Below are positions 44,613 to 56,400 of a stretch of 64,000 bases of DNA, one piece after another (within the stretch, counting starts at the first letter, position 1; each line of letters begins with the position of its first letter). The notes beneath the pieces were generated by a model. That model was not told where the DNA came from, searched no databases, and saw only the letters and a program-made list of their open reading frames with translations. The translations under genes and the position numbers were made by a program. Source of the DNA: Schmidtea nova (lineage: Eukaryota); assembly GCA_044892505.1 (NCBI GenBank), contig CM097883.1, positions 182,094,001 to 182,158,000 of the forward strand, in the 5' to 3' direction.

Positions 44613-47489
44613 TTGAGAAAAGGAGAAAAGAGTGTCATAATAAAACCAGCAGAAAAGAATAAAGCTACCAAGAATAATAATCAGAAAGGCCCAAAAGGAA
44701 GTAAAGCAAGGCAGATAATAATACAAAAGTCGATTATCGAAAACGATAAATTATCAGTAACAAGCAACAGTTCAAGCAACAAAGAAAATCAAGCAGAACC
44801 CGAGAGAAACCCAATAAGTGAAATAGAAGTCGACAAAACCAACAACGATTATATAGAAGAAATAGAAGACGAAGTAGAACAAGAAACAGAAAGTGACGAT
44901 ACCGATAACGATAGTAAAGCATCAGATAACGAATCAGCAAAGGAAACTGAGATCGACCGAAATTCAAGTGACGAACCTAACAGTGAACTAGAAACAAGAG
45001 GAAACGAAAGTAAAATAACTACAGACAGCGGAATCGAAATGAGTGAACCAAGAGAAGAGATAAAAGACAAATTTTCCGGAGAACCGTTTAATGGAGATGC
45101 GAGTAAATTAGAAACTTTCTTAAAGGAATTTGGCATATTCGTGGAAGTATGCAAGTGGAAACCAGAAACAACTGTAAGCAGAATTCAGCTATATTTGAAA
45201 GATAGCGCATTAGATCTATATTTGGAAGCAAAGAATGGAACTAATCCACCTACAAGTTGGTCAGCGATAAAGGACTTTTTCCAACAAACCTTTGGAATAA
45301 ATAAAGTATTGAATGAGGCATTCACGGAATTCTCAATGAGGAAACAAAAGATAAATGAATCGAATGCGGTATATGCAAGCGAATTGAAAAAGTTAGCAAA
45401 GTTGATCTTTAATCAAGACAGCCCAATAAATGAGGAGTTAATGGCAGCTATCTTTGTGGGAGGATTAAGAAGACCCGACATAAGAGCGCAAGTTGGATGT
45501 CAAGGTTGTAAAACCATCGACCAAGCACTAGAAACAGCTAATAGATTTGAACTACACATGATAGGAAATGACGGTAGAATCTATTTAGCTATGGATACAG
45601 CACAAAACGAACAAGAAGTGAACCTGAATAACCACATTCCAAATTCACAACAATTAAACCGACCACCACCGCAACGAAGGAATGAAGGGAATAAAGTATC
45701 AAATTACGGAAATCAAAACAATTACAACCCCCAAGGACCAACGAAACAATGCAAAACATGTGGGAAATTGGGACATTGGCAACAAGAATGTTATCAGAAC
45801 TTGAATTGTGGAAAATGTGGAGTAAAAGGGCATTCAGAGAGCAGATGTTACACAATAACCTGTTTTAATTGTGGACGACCTGGACACCTATCAAGAAATT
45901 GCGGACAAAGAAGCAATCAACGAGGAAGCTGGCAGAATACCGGAAACCGACAAAACTATGGAAACCAACCAACTGGTGGAAACCGACAGAATTATGGAAA
46001 TCAGCCAAATAATGGAAACCAGCCGGAATACGGAAACCAACCAAATAGTAATAATAATAACCAAAATAAAAATACCACTAAAGAGATACATTTAATGCAA
46101 GAGGTTCAAAGATTGACGGAGCTGATAAACAATACAACCAGAGGAAATCCGCAAACAGGTCAACAACAAATCAATATGATGAGAAAAATAGAAAGCGAAA
46201 ACGAACGATTGAATCGGGAAAGTCAAGCACGACATGCTCAGGAATGGGCAAGAATACAAAGAGAAGAGGAACAAAAACAGCAAGAAAGAGAACGACAACC
46301 TCTAAGAATTAATATGATGAGAGCAACCAATCAAACAAATACCCACGAGAAAGAGACTGTACCAGAAATAAATCCAACAAACCCGAATCCAACCAACAAC
46401 GAAGGCCGAAAAGAGATAATACAAGAAGATGAAGAAGCAGAAAAAGAAACAGAAAAGGAAGTAGAAAAAGAAGGGAACCAAGAAGAGAAAAGGAAACTCG
46501 GGAAAAGAGGAATGATGGTAATTTTGCCAAACAAGCACGTGTTTCGATTCCAATATAACATAAAAGAAGAAGTAGAAATATTGTTCAATAAAGTGAATGA
46601 AATGGCTCCAGGAGTAACGAAACTGCCCAGAGAAGCATTCCTAAAAATAGAAGGTGCACCAGAAGTAAAATTGAAACTAACGGATACATGGGAAAACCTG
46701 GGAGTAGTAGAGACAAAAAGAAATGTGATGGTAATCAAGGAAATAGAACCAGAAGGAATTCCATCGCCAGTGCGTCACGAAACACGAATCAGTCGAATAT
46801 TTAAAGGGAAAATGATACGAAGACGGTTGGGAGAAATAGACGAGTTAGAACGAAAAATGAGAAAGGTCGGAGTAGTAGACGACAAGAGTGAATCAACACA
46901 AAAAGCTATTAAAAGTGAAACAAGACCAACGGAAAATACACCAAGTGAAATCAACCAAATAAAACACATTAACATGTTGAGAGGCCAGGCAAAGAAATTC
47001 TCAGATGACGAAGAGGATAGTGACGTCAGTAGTCTAGCCGGAGATATGCTAAACGAACCGGAAATTGAAGACAAAAAGATAGAAGTAGTAAAGACACCAG
47101 AAACTATTCAAGTAAAAGAGGACGAGATCCAGAAATTATTAGATAACGCGCTAGAAGTAATATATAATGAGGAATTCATCGACAAGAAACACTACCGGAA
47201 ATTCATGAGAGCAATATTACAAATGAACTATAAAGAGTGGTTACCAGGCCGGGAAGTAGAAACACTAAGCCAATACGTAGGAAAATTATTAAAAGAACCA
47301 CTCCATGAATATATAATACTAATAGAGATAAAAACATGTTTGCCAAGGATTTGGATCAAAACTCCACTCACGGAAGATATTTATCAATGGGTGGAAGACA
47401 GATTAGGGAGTTCATATAAAAACAAATTCCTCTATTCACAGAATGGACTAGTGAAGAAAAGGACGCATTTGATAGAAACAGGCATATGA
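44613..47489 (+). CDS. Gag part of the giant polyprotein: acidic N-terminal region, capsid-like domain, three CCHC knuckles, N/Q-rich and charged regions, start of a ubiquitin-like domain
   Basis: The frame is open from 44580 and the first in-frame ATG is 45039 (MSEPREE..PFNGD..LETFL..F); the true start is uncertain. Knuckles CKTCGKLGHWQQEC, CGKCGVKGHSESRC and CFNCGRPGHLSRNC lie at 45750-45902. Confidence 0.88.
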   Translation: MRKGEKSVIIKPAEKNKATKNNNQKGPKGSKARQIIIQKSIIENDKLSVTSNSSSNKENQAEPERNPISEIEVDKTNNDYIEEIEDEVEQETESDDTDNDSKASDNESAKETEIDRNSSDEPNSELETRGNESKITTDSGIEMSEPREEIKDKFSGEPFNGDASKLETFLKEFGIFVEVCKWKPETTVSRIQLYLKDSALDLYLEAKNGTNPPTSWSAIKDFFQQTFGINKVLNEAFTEFSMRKQKINESNAVYASELKKLAKLIFNQDSPINEELMAAIFVGGLRRPDIRAQVGCQGCKTIDQALETANRFELHMIGNDGRIYLAMDTAQNEQEVNLNNHIPNSQQLNRPPPQRRNEGNKVSNYGNQNNYNPQGPTKQCKTCGKLGHWQQECYQNLNCGKCGVKGHSESRCYTITCFNCGRPGHLSRNCGQRSNQRGSWQNTGNRQNYGNQPTGGNRQNYGNQPNNGNQPEYGNQPNSNNNNQNKNTTKEIHLMQEVQRLTELINNTTRGNPQTGQQQINMMRKIESENERLNRESQARHAQEWARIQREEEQKQQERERQPLRINMMRATNQTNTHEKETVPEINPTNPNPTNNEGRKEIIQEDEEAEKETEKEVEKEGNQEEKRKLGKRGMMVILPNKHVFRFQYNIKEEVEILFNKVNEMAPGVTKLPREAFLKIEGAPEVKLKLTDTWENLGVVETKRNVMVIKEIEPEGIPSPVRHETRISRIFKGKMIRRRLGEIDELERKMRKVGVVDDKSESTQKAIKSETRPTENTPSEINQIKHINMLRGQAKKFSDDEEDSDVSSLAGDMLNEPEIEDKKIEVVKTPETIQVKEDEIQKLLDNALEVIYNEEFIDKKHYRKFMRAILQMNYKEWLPGREVETLSQYVGKLLKEPLHEYIILIEIKTCLPRIWIKTPLTEDIYQWVEDRLGSSYKNKFLYSQNGLVKKRTHLIETGI

Positions 47490-50400
47490 CCAGGAGAGGT
47501 GACAACACTATCGATATGCGATGATAAGAGAGAAGAGAACCTACAAGAAGTAGCAAAGGAAGCAAATATGTGTTTCGAGAAGAAGATAAAACCACGGTTA
47601 GAATATGAGAAAGGACGAATCTTACGAGGAAATCTAAATTCCATGATAGAACAAATCATCCCACAAATCAAAAAACATAGAAAGGAGTTAATGAGAAGCG
47701 AATACGAAAAGTTGAAACGATGTATCGAATGCATACGTGACACAAGTCACACGAGATGGTCACAGATCTCATACGGAAAAGTAATTGCAAAAATGGGAAA
47801 AGCAATGTTCAGACAAGGGAAAATAACAGATCTGAAAATTGCAGTAGAGTTACCTAATGAGGATACCAAAGAAATTGAAGTGGTAGCAGATTGTACCATA
47901 AAAGAATTAGTAAATGTCATCAACGAGACACTATTACAAAGAGAACCAGAAGAAGAATGGGAAGATGACATAATCATGAAATACAACGAACATGTATTAT
48001 GGGATCACGATGAAAGACGGCTATATAAAATTGGTATATGGGATAATCACCAAACCATCCACGTTATCAGAATGGACGATACACCAAGAGAAACTGCTAA
48101 AGATGAGAAAAGAGAACGGGAACGAAAAAAAGAAGTTGTGCATAAATTACAACAAATAGTAGACATTTATCGAAATTGGCGGATTTGGCCAGAATGGGAA
48201 GACGTATTAGAAGAACTCAATCTCAACAGACGATTACCAACACCTGTAGAAAAACAATGGAACGAACGAGGAAAATGTTGGGAACCAAAAGCAGGCGAAT
48301 ACGAAGAGGAATACGGAATAGGCATAGAAGACGATCACAAACCGGAAACCGGAAGAGTCTGTATGGTAACAAGAAAAGCCATGCCAGCAGATTTAGACGG
48401 ACCAGAAACGACAACCATGTGGTTGGAAAGAGAAAAACAAAAAACGGAAGAATTTGTCGAAATATTAAAAACCAATGCGCACGGCAAGAGAAAAGTAGTA
48501 AAAGGTCTCGCAGATTTTTTCGTAGTTAATGGAGAAGACATAACATGCTTGCGTAAAGTAGCAAAAGCAATCGCCGAATACAAAAGAGTTAACGAGTGGT
48601 GTCCAGAACAATTGGATCACGTAATTAAAAAATGGAGAAACCAAGAATTCTCGCAGGAATCGCCACAGAAAGTACACCTAAGAATAGTATATCCGAACCA
48701 GGAAAAGGAAGAGTTTTGGGTAGGGATAGCGGAGAAAGTTCGAGACATTAAAAAGAAATTGAGATATGAACCACCATTCCATTTACAACACCAAGGACGA
48801 TCATTAGATAACAGCTTGGAAATTGGAATAACGCCAGCGCAATTAGATATCGCAAATACATTGACAGTGGCAGCAATAGCAGGCCAACCATTGAAATTGA
48901 AAGAGGAAAAGAAACCAAAGGGAAGTATGAGTACGCCGAGCCCAATGAAATCGGTAATGACTCCAGGAACAAGCTCAGAACAAGCTAGAACAACACCAAG
49001 AGATACAAGAGAAAGAACACCACCAGAACCATACGATGTAGACGAAATTTTTACAGATAGCGATGATATGTTAGAGGAGTTAATAGAGCTAACAAAAGAG
49101 AAAGATGATAATATTTTCGAAAGAATTCAAGAATTACCAACAGCAATACCGGTAACCAACACCGAAGATGAAGTTGAACAAGAAATAATCATCGAAGAAG
49201 TTAATGAAATAGCAGAAGAGGAAGCAAGGAGGGCAAATGTAGAAAATGTACAATTCACACAAGAAATGGAAAGATGGTTAGAAGAAAGAGCCAATGAACC
49301 AAGAGACGTTACAGAAGAAACTGGACGAGAAACAAGATTAGTAGAAACGGGCACGACAATGGATAAACGACCTAGAGGTAGACCCAAGATGGATCCAGCA
49401 AATGTAGTTATAAAATCAAGAGAGGAAAAAAGACGGGATCAATGGGATTTGTGTCTAAAGAAACTAAATAAAATAGCCGAAACGAAAGAAAAAGAAACAA
49501 CACAAACATACCAAGGCGAGGAATGGATATCAAAGATGTTAATGGAAATACTGGCAATAATCGATCCGGAATTAAAGAAATGGTGGAGAATAAACGAAAT
49601 AAGCGAAAGGGCGAAATCACTGCATAGCGCCATCGCACCAATCCTACCAGAACTAATAAAAGAGAAGACAAGGTCAAACCACCTAGATTGGCAAGGAACC
49701 ACGATGTTGATAAAGAAGTTAACGGAAGGAGCAGAGACGGATAACAAATATTTAATAGCTATAGCATACACCATCTACAATCTGCTGACACTGAGTAGAG
49801 GTCGACTGAAACCTACAGCACTCGAAAGACATATAAAGAATACAGCCAAAATTATAGAGAAAGAAATAGAACCGTACATCATCAGTAAAGGAGGATGGGA
49901 AACATTCACAAAAACGAACCAAAAGAAAAACCAAGCCAAAAATATGAAAAAGAAATTCGAAGAGATATTGGGAGAATTGGAAAAGGAAAAGTCGGGAACA
50001 GGAAACGGGAAATCATCACTAAACCTGAGTTCTATCATTATGATGATGTTAATATGGATGATTAGTACTGACGGAGCAACAGCATTTGAAGTATTCGATT
50101 GTGATCAAATGGCATTAGGTGAGAAATATTCACTACGAGGGACAGAACAATGTAAGGACGCAACCCCAACGGAGTTAAAAACATTAAAAAAGAGACAATT
50201 ATACCACGTATATCAGGAAGCTGAACTGATAAGAACAATGGTCAGGGAATGCAAAGTTTATAAAACCAGATTTGCTTTTTATTGTGGACACCGCCATTAT
50301 TCAGCAATCGTGATGCCAGGAACGGAAAGAGAATCGGTAATGCTGCAAGGAGAAGACTGTGAAAAATTATTTAAACATGGAGAAGTAGAGACTAGAGATA

Positions 50401-53400
50401 GAGTAAAGATAAGAGGAAAAACGGGAGTGATATTGCAACAAACATATTATGTAGCAGGAGCTATTACGGGAGGAGAAGGGTACTGCCAAGGAGCAACTTA
50501 TCCAATATTCGGAGTAGCAGCAACAAACCTAGTGGTAATAGATACGTATACAGTGGAACTAAAAACGTACGAGGCATTCTTCGATCCAACGACGGGAGAA
50601 ATGAAAACTCTACCTATGTGCAAAATCGAGTCAAACACTTGTCAGACTGGTATGTCAACCCTAACCTACCAGATACGAGGAAAGGAATGTCAACTACAAC
50701 TGTTAAAGGAAGCAGAATTCGATGAGATACAAGGGAAAACCTTCCAAGAGGAAGAAGAAGACGAGGCAGCAAGAGGAAAAATACTTCAAGACACAGTACG
50801 GGGAGAGAAAAAGATTGAAACCCGAACACAAGAAAAACAAATTAAAATGAGAAATACACCAACGGTACTAATTACCTCAGATGCAGATATCGGAATGAGG
50901 TTTGTAAAAGGAAAAACAGCCTTGAAATGCGGAGTAGCTATGTTGGAAACCAACTACCCCGGCATTTTTGTATCAAAACAAGAAGTACCTAGTGCGAAAC
51001 GCAAAGTGCACACGAACGATGTTAAATTACACCTTTACATGAACAATAAAATGGATTTTCTGTTCCATAGAGGACAAGCGTCACTACAAAAAGTGTATTA
51101 CGATTTAATTAACAACGATTGCATATTAAATAGGGAAATATTAAAGACAAAACTAGCGGTAGCAATCACAAACCCGGATAGTGCAATGCCATTATTACCA
51201 TTAAGAGAAGGTCATTTTGGAAGGGTAGTCGGAGAGGTCATGTACGTATACATATGTAAAAAGACAAATGCGAAGGTAGCGACAATGACAAAACTACAAC
51301 CAGGTCAGTGTACTAACGAACTAGAAATCGAATATAAAGGGAAAGTAAGATATGTACAACCAGTGACAAGAATCATAAATCCAATAAGCTTCGAACCAAA
51401 TCCTTTCAATTGCAGCAACGCATATGGACCACTATACCAAAAACCAGACGGAAATTGGGTTATGTTTCCGTCAAGAACAGAGGTACCAGCACCAAGGGAA
51501 TTTGAATTGATGCAACTATCAAAAGGACGAAAATTTAAAGACGTAGACGTAAGCAATATGGGATTCTATAACGCAAAGGATTTAGAAGCAGCAAGACAAA
51601 ACATACTATTTCCGGCAAGACGAGAAGCGGTGTTATCCAGTATTGTAACAATAACAGGAGGAACAAATTACCAAGGTGGACCAAATTACGAATTATTATT
51701 GTCACCAGCCCACTTTAAGAAGGCAACGGAAAACATGATGAAAGCGATGTGGGGAAGATTTTTAATATTTGGACAAATGATGGCAGGAATACTTGGTGTT
51801 ATACTAATTATACAAATAATACGGGTAATAATAACGCAAATGTTAGCCTGTTTTGACATCTATAAAAGAGAAAAGAAAGTAAATTGGAAATTGGTGGTAG
51901 GATTCTTACCATTTCTGGCTAAAACAATGGTATTACACGGTCATTCGAAAGATATTCACCGAATAAAGAGACTCCTAAAAATACTGGCAAAAATGAAAGG
52001 AACCGATGAAGAGGTGGGACGAAAGTTTAAAAAGATAATGAATAACGAGCAAGCAAGACAACAACTAAAGAAAGAGAGAAAAGGACTATGGGAAAGAATG
52101 AAAGGGTACAGAACCCAAGACGATTCCAGTGACGACGATGATGATGATAACGAAGGAGGTCAAGTATTTAAAAATCAAGTACCACAGTATGTCGAAAAGA
52201 ATCCAGCGGAAATGTGGAAATGTTACGCACCCCCACCGACCATGTACCAAGAACCAACACCAGGGATGAGACAAAATACAATGCAAATGATGCCGATGAC
52301 AAACATATATCCTATGATACCAGAAGACTATAGAACGAGACGGTGCAGAAGCGTAGATCCGCAAGGAGACTCACATACAATTGCAGTAATGTCATCAAAC
52401 ACCGGTCCAGTATTAACTACAACAATCGAAATTAACGGAAGGGAAATAGAAGCGATGATCGATACAGGAGCAAATATCTCAGCAATAGATATAAAATGGA
52501 TACCACAAGAACAAAGACGGGATATTGAGAGAACCAACGTTCACGTAATAGCATGCAGTAAAGAAGTAGTAGAAGTTGCCGGAAGATGGTGGGTAAAGAT
52601 AAAACATCAAAACACGGAAATCGAAACGTACGTAGCAGTAATACCAGCACTGAGCGTACCATGCATTATAGGTACGGATCTGATGCCAGCATTATTTAAA
52701 GAAATAGTTATTGACCTCGGAACAATGAGATTAAAGGATAGGACAGGACAGATATGCGCAATAGAAGCAAAAGTAACAAGTTCGAAACAAATAATCGTAC
52801 CAGCACGGAGAGAGAAAATATGTTTCGTAAAAATAGATCCTACAATAGAAGGTGACATGATCTTTGAACCCAGTAAAAGATTTGAAAAGAGAAAGTCGTT
52901 GCCAATGGCAAGGGGATTAGTGAGTGCGAATGACAACGGAGAAATCCCGATAAATGTAGTAAATTTCGATGAGGAGGATAAAATAATTTATGAAAATGAA
53001 AGATTAGGTAAACTAACTCCAATGATAGATATCGAAATACCAATAAAAGAAGGAGTAAAAGAGGAGGAACCCACTTGGAACATTAATAGCCAACTATTAA
53101 ATGAGGACCAAAAGAAACAGCTAGAAAGATTACTGATGGAATATAAAGACATATTCGCAGCATCCGATTTAGATTTAGGGACATGCGACGTCACACTACA
53201 TACGATTCCACTAACAGACGAAACGCCGATTGCGTTAAGACCATACAAGTTAGCTGAAGCGCAAAAATCAGTAGCAGAAGCAGAAGTACAGAAAATGCTA
53301 GACGCAGAAGTAATTGAACCAAGCTGCTCACCGTGGCAGTTCCCAGTTGTAATGGTGAAAAAGAAAGACGGAACACAACGATTTTGTATTGATTATCGGA

Positions 53401-56400
53401 GATTAAATGCAGTTACAAAAAGGGATACATACCCATTACCGGACATCAACGAGATGTTATTGACATTACAAGGAGCGGCATATTTTACATCATTGGATTT
53501 GAAAAGCGGATACTGGCAAATTAAAATGAAAGAGGAAGACAAAGAGAAAACTGCTTTCACTATCGGAAGAGACTTGTACCAATTTAGGAAAATGCCATTC
53601 GGACTAACCAATGCGCCAGCATCATTTCAAAGATGTATGAATTTCGTTACCCACGGCATAAAACAATGCATGGTTTACATTGACGACCTACTGATCTACT
53701 CAAGCACATTTGAACAACACATCCAAGATATCAGAGATGTATTTGTTAGATTGAGACAATGGAAACTCAAGCTCAAACCATCGAAATGCGATTGGGCAAA
53801 AGAGAAAGTGACATTCTTAGGACATATTGTGTCCGCAAAAGGAAAGGAACCAGATCCCAGAAACATTGATAAAGTAAAAGAATGTCCAGTACCAAAGACG
53901 ATAACGCAGATCCAAGAATTTCTCGGATTATGCGGTTACTATAGAAAATTCATAAAGGATTACGCAGGAATTGCAAAACCAATCCAGGAGCTAGTAAAGA
54001 AAGACGTATCGTTCATATGGGGAAGCGAACAACAAACAGCCTTCGAAACATTACGAGATAAGTTAATAACTGCACCAATATTGGTTCACCCGGATTTTAA
54101 AAAGCCATTCTTACTCGCAACCGACGCAAGTGGATATGCAGCAGGAGCAGTGTTAGGACAATATGATGACGAGGGAAAAGAGCGGGTAATCGGATATTAT
54201 AGCAGAACATTCAAGAAACACGAGAAGAATTATTCAGTAACGGAAAGAGAAGCATTGGCAATAATATTAGCAATAAAACACTTTAAATATCTATTATGGG
54301 GACACATTATATGCATAACCACAGACCATCAACCACTTGTATGGCTAGGACAACATAAGGAAACATCCAGCAGATTAATGAGATGGGCGATGCAATTACA
54401 AGAATATTCACCAGATATAAAATTCAAATCAGGAAAAGCGAATGCCAACGCAGATTGTATGTCAAGATTAACGTTTCCAGAACTAACAGACCCAGAAGTG
54501 CAAAGAATATGCATAATGATAGCAGAGGACTTGGATTTCAGTGAGTTAAAGAAAGATCAGCAAGAGGATAAAGAACTAAAACCCATCATAGAATTTCTAA
54601 GCTCACGAAATATGGATGTATTCGAAGACAATGCGGAGTTAAAAGAACACATGAGGAAATACCAACACCGATACACAATAGAAAAAGGATGGTTGTTAAT
54701 ACAAGATGGAGAAAAACGATTAATGTGTCTGCCAAGTAATAGACGAAAAGAGATAATAACTCAATACCATGACGGAAAGCTAGGAGGACACATGTCCTCT
54801 AAGAAAACATTAGATCGTATGAGACAGAAATATTATTGGCCAACAATGGACGAAGACGTAAAGGAATGGATAAAGAACTGTTTAACTTGTGCCACAAGAA
54901 AGGATAGTGGGAAGAAATGGAAAAATCCCTTAAAACCCATGCCAATACCAGCGGAACCAATGACTACCATTGCGATGGATGTAATAGGACCATTGCCAGA
55001 AAGTTTAAACGGGAATCAATATATATTGGTAATAACGGATTATTTGACTAAATTCCCTGAAGCATTTGCGATGCCGGATCAAAAAGCAAAGACGGTAGCA
55101 AGAATTTTAGTAGAGGAAATATGTTGTCGATACGGAACCCCGAAACAAATACTAACAGATCAAGGAACAAATTTTATGAGCGAAATACTAGATGAAGTAA
55201 CAAATTACTTCAGAATAGCCAAATTACGAACGTCACCATATCATCCGCAAACCAACGGGCAAACGGAAAGATTTAACGGCACATTGATTCGAATGTTATC
55301 CAATTATGTAAGCAAACACCAAACAGATTGGGATGAATACGTAAAGCTATGTCTAATGGCATACCGAATGTCGATACACGCAGCAACAAAATTGAGTCCA
55401 TTTCAATTAATGTATGGAAGGGAATGCAATATGCCAATAGATCTTGAATATCAACCACCTTTGTCTCAATATATGGAGGAAGATGATTACGTCACCAAAT
55501 TCAAAGAACGAATGCAAGAGATATGGAAGACAGCAGAACTAAACATAAAGTTTTATCAAGAAAGTTACAAGGACCTACACGATCAAAAGAAAAATGTTAA
55601 AACAAATGATCTTAAACCCGGAGATTGGGTAATGATAGAAACCCCAGAAATAATACCAGGAACCGTTAAAAAACTACAAAGACCAGGAAAAGGCCCTTAC
55701 GAAGTTATATACAAAAAGGAAAACAATGTGAAGGTAAAACTTGTTAATCGACCATTGATACGACCAATATACGTTAATACATGCAGATGTAAAAAAGTAC
55801 CAAAGACAATAACCACAGCGCCAGAAGAACGAATAATAACCAGATCCCAGACAGCCAGAATGAATATGCTCAGAGCAACCAATGAAAGTACCGAAGCAGA
55901 GAACAATCAACGAGGAAAAAGAAACAAGGAAATTGTACTAAAAGCCAGAGAAATAATGGGAAAATGGCATGTCAGAGACGATATATTAAGAGATATTCAG
56001 TCGATAATTAGTGATTACGCAAGGGGACTACCAACAAAACCAGTCATTTCAGAACTACTGGAAAAGATTCCAGAAATACTTTCACTAGAAGACATAGGAG
56101 GACAACCAGCATTACATAACGCCATAAAATGGGGAGAAGTAGAGAGAGTAAAAGAATTTCTAAAAATCGCTAAGGAAACAAACCAACACCTTGGTTTTGG
56201 GAATAGCGAACAAGAAACACCATTAATGGTAGCAGCCATCTACAAATCGGATAAAGCAATAATAGACCTTTTGATAAATGCCGATTTCAACTGGACGGAA
56301 CGCGATAGAGAAAACAAAACAGTCTTGAATCACGCAATATGGAGCTCAAATCAGATAATGCTCAAACAAATAATCGAGAAGGCCACTTGGGAAATAGACG

